64,000 nucleotides of DNA. Source: Octopus sinensis (taxonomy: Eukaryota). Location of the stretch: assembly GCF_006345805.1 (NCBI RefSeq), contig NC_043025.1, forward strand, positions 13,826,001 through 13,890,000. The letters are read 5' to 3'. The notes below the pieces were generated by a model that searched no databases, was not told the DNA's origin, and worked only from the letters and a program-made list of their open reading frames with translations. Position numbers and translations under genes: made by a program. Below, in pieces: positions 26,271-36,789 of this stretch (within the stretch, counting starts at the first letter, position 1; each line of letters begins with the position of its first letter).

Positions 26271-26606
26271 AGGTTAGTTAGTTAGTTAATTTTTTGGCTT
26301 AAAAAGCAAAAAGCAAGGCCATGTAGGGGGACATGGAGTTATGTACAGGGTGGTGTTCATGTAAAGAGTTCGTCTTTGAACTGAGCGGTCGTCGGCATCT
26401 TCACCATCTCGTCCGGCAGCTTATCCCACGGATCCGCAACCCGGACGGGGAAGGCCCCTCTCCTTCGATTGAGATGAAATCGTCGCAGATAGATGTTTTC
26501 GGAATGACCCCGCAGCCGACGCTCTGGAGCAGGAGTGAAGAACAGCTCTTTCGAGAGGTTACACTTTCCACTTATGGTGTTGTGAGCAAGAATGAGATCA
26601 CCACGG
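26271..26606 (-). mobile_element. Mirror copy of the intronic CR1 3' fragment
   Basis: Reverse complement of ~33745-34090. Confidence 0.88.
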
Positions 26607-26850
26607 GACTTACTCTTTGTAAGCCCAGTACTTATTCTACCGGTCTCTTTTGCCGAACCGCTAAGTGACGGGGACGTATACACACCAGCATCAGTTGTCA
26701 AGCAGTGCTAGGGGGACAAACACACACACATGCATATATATATATATACATATTACAGGCTTCTTTCAGTTTCCGCCTACCAAATCCACTCACAAGGCAA
26801 TGGTCGGCCCGGGGCTATAGCAGAAGACACTTGCCCAAGACGCCACGCAG
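26607..26850 (-). mobile_element. SINE family A, truncated at both ends
   Basis: Internal portion between the CR1 and RTE fragments. Confidence 0.82.
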
Positions 26851-27960
26851 CCTTGCACACCACATCTGACGCTTCTTATGTCCAGCATTTCTCTCAGGGT
26901 GCTTACACTCTGTCGTGCGTGCAGACTGACATTACACATCCAGCGGATCATGCTAGCTTCATTTCTTTCAAGTCTACGCATGTCCTCTGCAGTCACAGCC
27001 CATGTTTCACTATCGTGAAGCATGGCAGTTCGCACACATGCATCATACAATCTACCTCTCACTCAGAGCGAGAGACCCTTTGTCGCCAGTAGGGGTAGGA
27101 GCTTTCTGAACTTTGCCCAGGCTATTCGTATTGTAGTGGTGATACTCTCTGAGCATCCACCTCCACTACTAACTTGGTCACCCAGGTAGCGGAAACTATC
27201 AACTACTTCTAGTTTCTCCCCCTGGAGTGTGATGGAATCTGTTTTCTGAGTGTCTGTGGTGTCTATTGTCCCTGTGCATCTGCCGCACATGAAAGCTATC
27301 TTATCAGTTAATTTCCCTTTAATGTTGCTGCACCTCTTATGCGTCCATAGCTTACATTGGGTGCATCTTATGGAGTTTCTACCTACAACTTTCCTACAGA
27401 TCGAGCAGGGCCACCTTCCCGAGGGTGTGTGTGCTGAGTTCGCCTTTCTGCTTACTATAACTTTGGTCTTTGCTACATTTACTCTAAGGCCCTTTGATTC
27501 TAACCCTTGCTTCCACACCCAAAATTTCTTTTTTAGTTCCGGTAGTAATTCTGCTATGAGACCCAGGTCATCAGCATAGAGGAGCTCCCAGGGGCATCCT
27601 GTCTTGAATTCCTCTGTTATTGCCTGGGGGACTATGATGAATAAAAGGGGACTGAGGGCTGAGCCTTGGTGTACACCTACTTCTACCCGGAATTCTTCAC
27701 TATATTCATTTCCAATCCTAACGTTGCTGACAGCCTCTCTGTATAGAGCCTGTACAGCCTTATTAGCCTTTCGTCAATCTCCAGTTTCTTCGCTCGCCAC
27801 CAGACAAGGGATAGGGGAACCCTGTCACAGGCTTTCTCCAAGTCCACAAAAGCTATGTAGAGGGGGTTTATCTTTAGCTTACTTCTCCTCCAGTTGTCGG
27901 ACCAGGATATAGCATCAGTGGTGCTTCTACCTGGCACAAAACCGAACTGCATCTCATCTA
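26851..27960 (-). mobile_element. RTE-clade LINE fragment (RT domain, PHD-like insertion, thumb region)
   Basis: [32 protein letters not shown] (CTCCTCTATGCTGATGAC), SFRYLG, MLHDSETWA; several frameshifts. Confidence 0.9.
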
Positions 27961-27995
27961 AGCAATATATATGTATATATATAAATATATGTATG

Positions 27996-28051
<56 letters not shown>

Positions 28052-28646
28052 TATGTATGTATTTATATATATATATGTATTTTATATTAATACATTTATA
28101 TATATATATATATCGTACATATACATGTATGTATTATATATATATATACATACATATTTATGTATTTATATATATATATATATATATACATATATATGTA
28201 TGTATTTATATATATATATATACACATACATACATATATATGTATGTATGTATATATATATGCATACATATTGATATTAATAACTTCACCACACACCCAC
28301 ACATTCAACCCCTTAATAATAACAACAACAGATCCTAAACATGGTACCATGGCCTTTTCTTTGATAATATCTTTCTTGCTTATTCAAATTCAGTTCAATG
28401 CAAACTTGCCTTCAGCCAACCATTTCTCTTTGTGTGTGTGTGTGTGTATGTTTTTGATAATCGTTTAGAACAAGTAGTTTTACACCTATGACACTATTTT
28501 GTCCATTTCTTTCTGGCCCGGGTCAAACACTTATAGTTTAAAGGCCATGGACCTTTTTTGTTTTTTGTGCCCGGGTCAAACGCTTTAGTTTGACCCATTA
28601 ACCAACACTATCGAAGTGAAATGGCGATCGTGTACTTCCGGAAGTG

Positions 28647-29096
28647 GGCGATCTTACGGCATTTCGTCTGCCGTTACGTTCTGAGTTCAAATTCCGCCGA
28701 GGTCGACTTTGCCTTTCATCCTTTCGGGGTCGATAAATTAAGTACCAGTTACGCACTGGGGTCGATGAAATCGACTTAATCCCTTTGTCTGTCCTAGTTT
28801 GTCCCCTCTGTGTTTAGCCCCTTGTGGGTAGTAAAGAAATAGGTATAAGTACCGCTGTACTTCCGCAAGTACGGGATACGTTTCAAAAAAGGTTTTTTTT
28901 TTTATATATATGGGGGGGTTAGGGTTAGGGTATGTGGCGATCCTTCGGTATATGTACACACGGGGCTTTACATTTCTGAAGATAAAAGAAACCCTTTTCT
29001 GCCACCCCGAACACAAACCCTAACCCTAACACCCCATATATAAAAAAAACACCCACTTTTTTTAAATGTATCCGGTACTTATACCGTAAGATCGCC
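28647..29096. mobile_element. MITE with 24-bp TIR GGCGATCTTACGGTATAAGTACCG and internal inverted TTAGGG/CCCTAA motifs, interrupted by a SINE; mirror copy 30180-30601
   Basis: TIRs at 28647 and 29074-29096; GGTTAGGGTTAGGG ~28918 and ACCCTAACCCTAAC ~29017. Confidence 0.65.
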
Positions 29097-29131
29097 AGCG
29101 AAATAATAGTTTAACCATAGAGAGGCCTTAC

Positions 29132-29400
29132 CTGTCGACCGAGGCGGGACGAGCGATCGCTGCCCTTAAATTGAAGAAAACCAGGGTCCTGCCACCCTTG
29201 CCGTCTCTCATTGAATTGCGCCGACGTGCTTTCTGTCCGCGCATGCGGCCGTGGCCTGCAGTCTTCACTTCCGTTTACCTCAATATGCAATCCCCGTGAC
29301 CATCACCCCAGAGCTCATTAAAACCCATAACGCCCACGCATACGATTTTACGAAGACCGAACTTTGTGCGCGCGAGTTCGAGGAGCTTTACGATGGTACT
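29132..29400 (-). promoter_or_regulatory. CpG-rich promoter and inferred non-coding exon 1 of the minus-strand ZNF gene
   Basis: NRF1-like GCGCATGCG 29239-29247, ETS-like CACTTCCG 29266-29273; minus-strand donor CAG|GTAAGG at 29132/29131; matching acceptor TTTCAG| at 26221/26220. Confidence 0.6.
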
Positions 29401-29536
29401 ACTCGAGAACAGTGGTCCCGGTGCGCGCACTCGCCTAAGCTAGCCGTGATTAGTCGATCCTACGACGACCTAATTAGCAAAGTAAATAACACAAAAACAC
29501 AATGTAAAGATCGACTAGTCATGACTAGCTGGCGCG
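29395..29536 (+). mobile_element. Truncated GGTAC-TIR MITE (left arm); mirror copy 29737-29878; further fragments 16748-16853, 35504-35592, 40493-40525
   Basis: Same TIR sequence as 40581-40801; second TIR truncated after GCTGGCGCG. Confidence 0.7.
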
Positions 29537-29879
29537 TGTGCTTGTTCTTGTCTGTGTGACCGATAAAAAAATTCTGGGCTTATGAAGAATAAGTCCCGGG
29601 GTCAATTTGCTCAACTAAATGGCGGTGCTCCAGCATGGCCGCAGTCAAATGACTGAAACAAGTATGTAATGTCGTTATGTCTATACTCGAAAACCCACGG
29701 AAAAACATAGAAACAGAATGGAAAAGAACAAGCACACGCGCCAGCTAGTCATGACTAGTCGATCCTTACATTGTGCTTTTGTGTTATTTACTTTGCTAAT
29801 TAGGTCGTCGTAGGATCGACTAATCACGGCTAGCTTAGGCGAGTGCGCGCACCGGGACCACTGTTCTCGAGTAGTACCA

Positions 29880-30144
29880 TCGTAAAGCTCCTCAAACGCG
29901 CGCACAAAGTTCGGTCTTCGTAAAATCGTATGCGTGGGCGTTATGGGTTTTAATGAGCTCTGGGGTGATGGTCACGGGGATTGCATATTGAGGTAAACGG
30001 AAGTGAAGACTGCAGGCCCCGGCGGAAGAGCCACGGGCGCATGCGCGGACAGAAAGCACGTCGGCGTAATTCAATGAGAGATGGCAGGACCCTATTTTTC
30101 TTCAATTTAAGGGCAGCGATCGCTCGTCCCGCCTCGGTCGACAG
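29880..30144 (+). promoter_or_regulatory. CpG-rich promoter and inferred non-coding exon 1 of the plus-strand ZNF gene
   Basis: CGGAAGTG 29998-30005, GCGCATGCGC 30037-30046; donor CAG|GTAAGG at 30144/30145; acceptor TTTCTCTGATATTTCAG| at 34141/34142. Confidence 0.6.
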
Positions 30145-31058
30145 GTAAGGCCTCTCTATGGTTAAACTATTATTTCGCTGGCGACCTTACGGTATAAGTA
30201 CCGGATACATTTAAAAAAAGTGGGGGTTTTTATATATGGGGGTTAGGGTTAGGGATTGGAGAAAAGGGTTTACCTATACCGAAGGATCCCCACATACCCT
30301 AACCCTAACCCATCATATATATAAAAGAAACCCTTTTTTGAAACGTATCCCGTACTTGCGGAAGTACAGCGGTACTTATACCTATTTCTTTACTACCCAC
30401 AAGGGGCTAAACACAGAGGGGACAAACTAGGACAGACAAACGGATTAAGTCGATTTCATCGACCCCAGTGCGTAACTGGTACTTAATTTATCGACCCCGA
30501 AAGGATGAAAGGCAAAGTCGACCTCGGCGGAATTTGAACTCAGAACGTAACGGCAGACGAAATACCGTTAAGCATTTGGGTACTTATACCGTAAGATCGC
30601 CCACTTCCGGAAGTACACGATCGCTATTTCACTTCGATAGTGTTGGTTAATGGGTCAAACTAAAGCGTTTGACCCAGGCACAAAAAACAAAAAAGGTCCA
30701 TGGCCTTTAAACTATAAGTGTTTGACCCGGGCCAGAAAGAAATGGACAAAATAGTGTCATAGGTGTAAAACTACTTGTTCTAAACGATTATCAAAAACAT
30801 ACACACACACACACACAAAGAGAAATGGTTGGTTGAAGGCAAGTGTGCATTGAACTGAATTTGAATAAGCAAGAAAGATATTATCAAAGAAAAGGCCATG
30901 GTACCATGTTTAGGATCTGTTGTTGTTATTATTAAGGGGTTGAATGTGTGGGTGTACGGTGAAGTTATTAATATCAATATGTATGCATATATATACAAAT
31001 ACATATATATGTATATATATACATACATATATATGTATTTGTATATATATATGTATTT

Positions 31059-31436
31059 TGGTAAGTAGCTTGCTAACCAACCACATGGTTCCGGGTTCAG
31101 TCCCACTGCGTGGCATCTTGGGCATGTGTCTTCTGCCATAGCCCCGGGCCGACCAATGCCTTGTGAGTGGATTTGGTAGACCGAAACTGAAAAGAAGCCC
31201 GTCGTATATATGTATATATATATATAAGTGTGTCTGTGTTTGTCCCCCTAGCATTGCTTGACAACCGATGCTGGTGTGTTTACGTCCCTGTCACATAGCG
31301 GTTCGGCAAAAGAGACCGATAGAATAAGTACTGGGCTTACAAAGAATAAGTCCCGGGGTCGATTTGCTCGACTAAAGGCGGTGCTCCAGCATGGCCGCAG
31401 TCAAATGACTGAAACAAGTAAAAAGAGTAAAAAAGA
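31059..31436 (+). mobile_element. SINE family A
   Basis: Near full-length copy. Confidence 0.85.
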
Positions 31437-31614
31437 AAAGAGAGTATACATACATATATATATAAATACTTATATATATGTAAATGCATATATATATATA
31501 AATATATACATATATTTATATATATATATACATATTATATTAAATTAGAATCAAAACCACTATTATGCAAATCAAACAAAGAAATACTTAAGCCAATACA
31601 TAAAATAATTTATA

Positions 31615-31735
31615 TAACCACTACGATCGTTTCGTGTCAGCACATCTTAGACATTCTTCAGGTGGTTTCTAACCTTCTTAGAAACCACCTGAAGAATGTC
31701 TAAGATGTGCTGACACGAAACGATCGTAGTGGTTA
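31615..31735. ncRNA. Perfect 58-bp inverted repeat carrying a minimal hammerhead motif on each strand
   Basis: Plus strand: AACCAC-CTGAAGA-ATGTC..GACAC-GAAAC-GATC-GTA-GTGGTT (31683-31734); arms 31615-31672 and 31678-31735, loop CCTTC; A-C mismatch at the base of stem II. Confidence 0.7.
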
Positions 31736-31997
31736 TTCATTTGTTAAATTTTAATTTATATAAATTATTTTATGTATTGGCTTAAGTCTTTCTTTGATTT
31801 GCATAAAAGTGGTTTTGTCTCTAATTTATTATAATATAATATTTTATTATAAAATTGGATTCAATCTTAAATCTGATTTTTCCTTGTAAATTTGGATTTA
31901 TTCCTTAATATTTATTATTATATATATACATATATAATTATATATGTATATACATACATGCATGTATATATATACATACATATATATATATATATAT

Positions 31998-32036
<39 letters not shown>

Positions 32037-32118
32037 CACACACACATACATACATACTTATATATATATATACACATACATATATATATATGTACACACG
32101 CACACATACATACATACT

Positions 32119-32157
<39 letters not shown>

Positions 32158-33020
32158 ATATATATATGGGTGTGTGTGATTGTGTATAGAAGAATTATTA
32201 ATAAAAAGAATTCCAACCTTGTCTGATTTTCACGTTTTATTTACAATCTTATAATGATATATTATAAGATAATATATTATAATTGAATAAAATAAAATGA
32301 AATAGTAGAATGTTAAATATTCATTCTGATTGAACTAGTACTTTCATGCATTGAATTCTGCAATCTTCGGGTTCATGTAGTAGTGTTGACAGTCATGCTT
32401 CACAATTTTTGACTGTAGCAAGATGATTGATTCTGTGCTATAAATACAGCTGGGTAGGCTCCAGAGTGCTAGTTTTGCAAACTGTATTCTGACCAATCAG
32501 TGTGTAGTATCACTCAATTACTTAAGCTGATTGGTTGGTTGAGCTGATTGGTTTAGGCATCACGCTTTGTTGGACATGTCAAGAGTCCTGTATCTTGACC
32601 CTGGCCGAAGCAGCAATTGTTGGGTTATTTTTAGAAATGTTGTAAATATCCTTTATACATATACAACAAATGTTGTAAATATCCTTTATACATATACAAC
32701 AAATGTTGTAAATATCCTTTATATATATACACACACATACATACATATTTATATACATATATATATATATTCTAGCAGTATAACCCAGTTTTGCCCGGCA
32801 TTAAGTTAGGATTATTAAGCTAAAGATGTTCTTTATTTCAAACCAAACAGAATACATTCCTTGCCACCGGTACAACACTCACCGACAAACCGCCGCCAAG
32901 CAGCTCGAGAAATTCCGTTTGTCTCGTCAAAAGCCAGCACACCAAACTGACCGACGCATGCGCGGGAAGCAAGCTTCTTACCCTGTACCTATGGTAGAAT
33001 TTTTCAGAAATCCTACAGGA

Positions 33021-33405
33021 TTGGCTGTGTGGTAAGTAGCTTGCTAACCCACCACATGGTTCCGGGTTCAGTCCCACTGCATGGCATCTTAGGCAAGTGT
33101 CTTCTGCTATAGCCTCGGGCTGACCAATGCCTTGTGAGTGGATTTGGTAGACGGAAACTGAAAGAAACCTGTCGTATATATGTATATATATATATATATG
33201 CGTGTGTTTGTCCCCCTAGCATTGCTTGACAACCGATGCTGGTGTGTTTACGTCCCCGTTACTTAGCGTTCGGCCAAAGAGACTGATAGAATAAGTACTG
33301 GGCTTACAAAGAATAAGTCCCGGGTTCGATTTGCTCGACTAAAGGCGGTGCTCCAGCATGGCCGCAGTCAAATGACTGAAACAAGTCAGAGAGTAAAGAG
33401 TAAGA
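33021..33405 (+). mobile_element. SINE family A
   Basis: Near full-length copy. Confidence 0.85.
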
Positions 33406-33544
33406 GTATCTAACCTTCCAGCAGTGTATAAACAGAACATCAGGACATCTATTTCTTTGGCTTCATTTAAATTTTACTTCCAGATTGATTCAATTATGAA
33501 ACTGCCAAGGAATTTTCAATTTGTGAAATACTGTCAAATTTCTA

Positions 33545-34090
33545 TTATTCCTACCGCTCTATGTCGTGCTGGTGAGACCCATATTGGAGTACGGGATTCA
33601 AGCCTCTTCTCCTTATCTCCTCAAAGACATACAGCATCTCGAAAGAGCCCAGAAGCTGGCTACCCGCATGGTTCTTTTGTCTTATGAAGAAAGGCTGAAG
33701 ACGTTAGACCTTTATTCTCTAGAAAAACGATGTTGCCGTGGTGATCTCATTCTTGCTCACAACATCATAAGCGGAAAGTGTAACCTCTCGAAAGAGCTGT
33801 TCTTCACTCCTGCTCTAGAGCGTCGGCTGCGGGGTCATTCCGAAAAGCTCTATCTGCAACGATTTCATCTCAATCGAAGGAGAGGAGCTTTCTCCGTCCG
33901 GGTTGCGGATCCGTGGGATAAGCTTCCGGACGAGATGGTGAAGATGTCGACGATAGCTCGGTTCAAAGTCTCCCTTGACCACAAGTGGCCTGAACTCTTT
34001 ACATGAACACCCCCTGTACATAACTCCATGTCCCCCTACATGGCCTTGCTTTTTGCTTTTTGACCCAAAAAATTAACTAACTAACTAACC
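33545..34090 (+). mobile_element. CR1-clade LINE 3' fragment with (TAAC)n tail in the ZNF intron
   Basis: LVRPILEYG, LERAQKLATRMV, RGDLI, RLRGHSEKL, FSVRVADPWDKLP. Confidence 0.9.
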
Positions 34091-34504
34091 TTCAATTTCT
34101 ATGTCTCCTCCCTGATTGACGCAGTTTCTCTGATATTTCAGATAACCAGAAGACATTGGCAGCAAAGAATACTTCAGTGGTCAGAATCGACGTTTGCCAT
34201 CTTTCAAAGATTAAAGGAGAACATCACAGGGAACAGATATCACACAGAATATGTAAACACATGGTGGAATTACTGTGGAATATTTCTTCCGAGTAAGACT
34301 GTTAGCGAAATATCTCTACTTCACTGTCTGGAATGTTTTGAAGATGATATGGTATTCTAATTAAACTTGGATGACAAAGGAGTTTGAGGCATCTTCAGAT
34401 AACAGAAGATTCAGGAAATATAAAGAGAATAAATATTTGTTAATAAAAACAAAATTTAGTTCGGAAAAAGTAAAACATCTGAACATTGTGGTAAGAGGAA
34501 GAAA

Positions 34505-35443
34505 ATGATGGAAAACGAATTCTGTGAAGGCGGCAGTGTTAAATGTAAATCAGAGTTGGACAATAATGATTTTCTTGATGAGAAGCGAAAAGACGGAGGG
34601 CAAAAACCCTATTCTTGTGATATATGTAAAATGTCATTCTCTCAAAAAGGTAAACTCATTGTTCACAAACGTGTTCATACAGGAGAAAAGCCATATCGGT
34701 GTGATATCTGTGGTAAATCATTCTCTCGAAGTGATCACTTATCTAGACACAAACGCATTCATACAGGGGAAAAGCTATTTGACTGTGACATTTGTGGTGA
34801 ATCATTTACTCAGAAAGATATTCTAATTAAACACAAACGTATTCATACAGGAGAGAAGCCATATCACTGTGATATCTGTGGTAAATCATTCTCTCAAAGC
34901 GATCACTTGACTACACACAAACGCAATCATACAGGAGAGAAGCCATTTAACTGTGACATTTGTGGTGAATCATTTACTCGGAAAGATACTCTAATTAAAC
35001 ACAAACGTATTCATACGGGAGAGAAGCCATATCAGTGTGATATCTGTGGTAAATCATTCTCTTATAGCAGTAGCCTCACTAAACACAAACCTGTTCATAC
35101 AGGAGACAAGCCATATCAGTGTGATATCTGTGGTAAATCATTCTCTTATGGCAGTAGCTTCACTAAACACAAACCTGTTCATACAGGAGAGAAGCCATAT
35201 CACTGTGAGATCTGTGGTAAATCATTTACTGAGAAAGGTGCTCTAATTAAACACAAACGTGTTCATACGGGAGAGAAGCCATATCAGTGTGATATCTGTG
35301 GTAAATCATTCTCTCGAAGTGATCAATTAGCTAATCACAGATATGTTCATACAGGAGAGAAGCCATATCACTGTGAGATCTGTGGTAAATCATTTTCTGT
35401 AAAAAATAGCTTGGCTAGACACAAACTTACACACACGGGATAA
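34505..35443 (+). CDS. C2H2 zinc-finger protein, 312 aa, 10 tandem fingers; inverted paralog of the 24835-25854 gene
   Basis: Intact ORF, near-identical N-terminus to the minus-strand copy, 10 C2H2 units, ends [13 protein letters not shown]. Confidence 0.93.
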   Translation: MMENEFCEGGSVKCKSELDNNDFLDEKRKDGGQKPYSCDICKMSFSQKGKLIVHKRVHTGEKPYRCDICGKSFSRSDHLSRHKRIHTGEKLFDCDICGESFTQKDILIKHKRIHTGEKPYHCDICGKSFSQSDHLTTHKRNHTGEKPFNCDICGESFTRKDTLIKHKRIHTGEKPYQCDICGKSFSYSSSLTKHKPVHTGDKPYQCDICGKSFSYGSSFTKHKPVHTGEKPYHCEICGKSFTEKGALIKHKRVHTGEKPYQCDICGKSFSRSDQLANHRYVHTGEKPYHCEICGKSFSVKNSLARHKLTHTG

Positions 35444-35556
35444 AAGCCATATCACTGTGATAAATCATTCTCTCAAAATAATCAGCTAACTAAACACAAA
35501 TCCACTTTGCTAGGTAGGTCGTCCTAGGATCGACTAGTCACGGCTAGCTTAGGCGA

Positions 35557-36501
35557 GTGCGCGCACCGGGACCACTGTTCTCGAGTAGTACCATCGTAAA
35601 GCTCCTCAAACTCGCGCGCACAGGAGAGAAGCCATGTCACTGTGATATCTGTGGTAAATCATTCTCTGAAGGAAATCAACTATCTAGACACAAACGCATT
35701 CATACAGGAGAGAAGCCATTTGACTGTGACATTTGTGGTGAATCATTTACTCGGAAAGATACTCTAATTAAACACAAACGTATTCATACAGGAGAGAAGC
35801 CATATCACTGCGATATCTGTGCTAAATCATTCTCTCAACAAAAATATGTAACTAGACACAAACGTATTCATACAGGAGAGAAACCTTATCACTGTGAGAT
35901 CTGTGATAAATCATTCGCTTTGAGCAGTAACTTAACTAGACACAAACGTGTTCATACAGGAGAGAGGCCATATCAGTGTGATATCTGTGGTAAATCATTC
36001 TCTGAAGGAAGTCAACTATCTATACACAAATTCACTCACACAGGAGAGAAACCCTATCACTGTGAGATCTGTGGTAAATTATTTACTGAGAAAGGTACTC
36101 TAATTACACACAAATGTATTCATACGGGAGAGAAGCCATATCGGTGTGATATCTGTGGTAAATCATTCTCTGATGGCAGTGGCTTAACTAGACACAAACT
36201 TGTTCATATAGGAGAGAGGACATACCACTGTGATATCTGTGGTAAATCATTCTCCCGAAGTGATCACTTAGCTAATCACAGACGTGTTCATACAGGAGAG
36301 AAGCCATATCGGTGTGATATCTGTGGTAAATCATTCTCTGATGGCAGTTGCTTCACTAGACACAAATCTGTTCATATAATAGAGGTGATATCTGTGGTAA
36401 ATCTTTCTTTCGAAGGGATCACTTGGCTAGACACAAACTTACACATACGTGAGGAAAGCCATATCACTGTGATAAATCATTCTCTCAAAATAATCAGCTA
36501 A
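35557..36501 (+). pseudogene. Second C2H2 array (9 intact fingers) lacking the normal N-terminus and frameshifted in finger 10
   Basis: Fingers begin ~35620 after a foreign 119-bp insert; ORF start is a GTG inside the insert; after HKSVHIIEV a 13-nt deletion relative to the minus-strand gene shifts the frame. Confidence 0.7.
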
Positions 36502-36789
36502 CTAAACACAAATCCATTCTTGCGGGTGAAAAATCTATAATACATCCTTCTTTCAAAATGGTAACTTAAATATACATAAGTAAACTTTTGCATGGGGGAA
36601 GCCATATCACTGTGATATCTGTGATAAATCATTCCCCAAAAAGACAATTCATTACACAAGTAATGTGTTTGTAAAGGGAACTGGTTGCTTCTGTAGACTT
36701 TTGGGGTGCAACACAATTTCCTTTCTTTTTGTTTCTAGATACTACCAGTCAGGAACAAAACGCAAGCTTAAAAATATATACAATTCTTT

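Noticed and set aside
28918-29030. Interstitial telomere or fusion point at the palindrome
   Set aside because: Only two TTAGGG units per side, internal to a MITE and off-centre from the inversion.
29440-29535. 20-bp hairpin with G-U-compatible mismatches as a structured ncRNA
   Set aside because: The two strands are the left and right TIR segments of an internally deleted MITE (compare 40581-40801), which explains the pairing.
25533-35246. Alternative-frame ORFs overlapping the ZNFs (MKAAVLNVNQSW..., MISVVNHSL...)
   Set aside because: Shadow frames of the 84-nt finger repeat.
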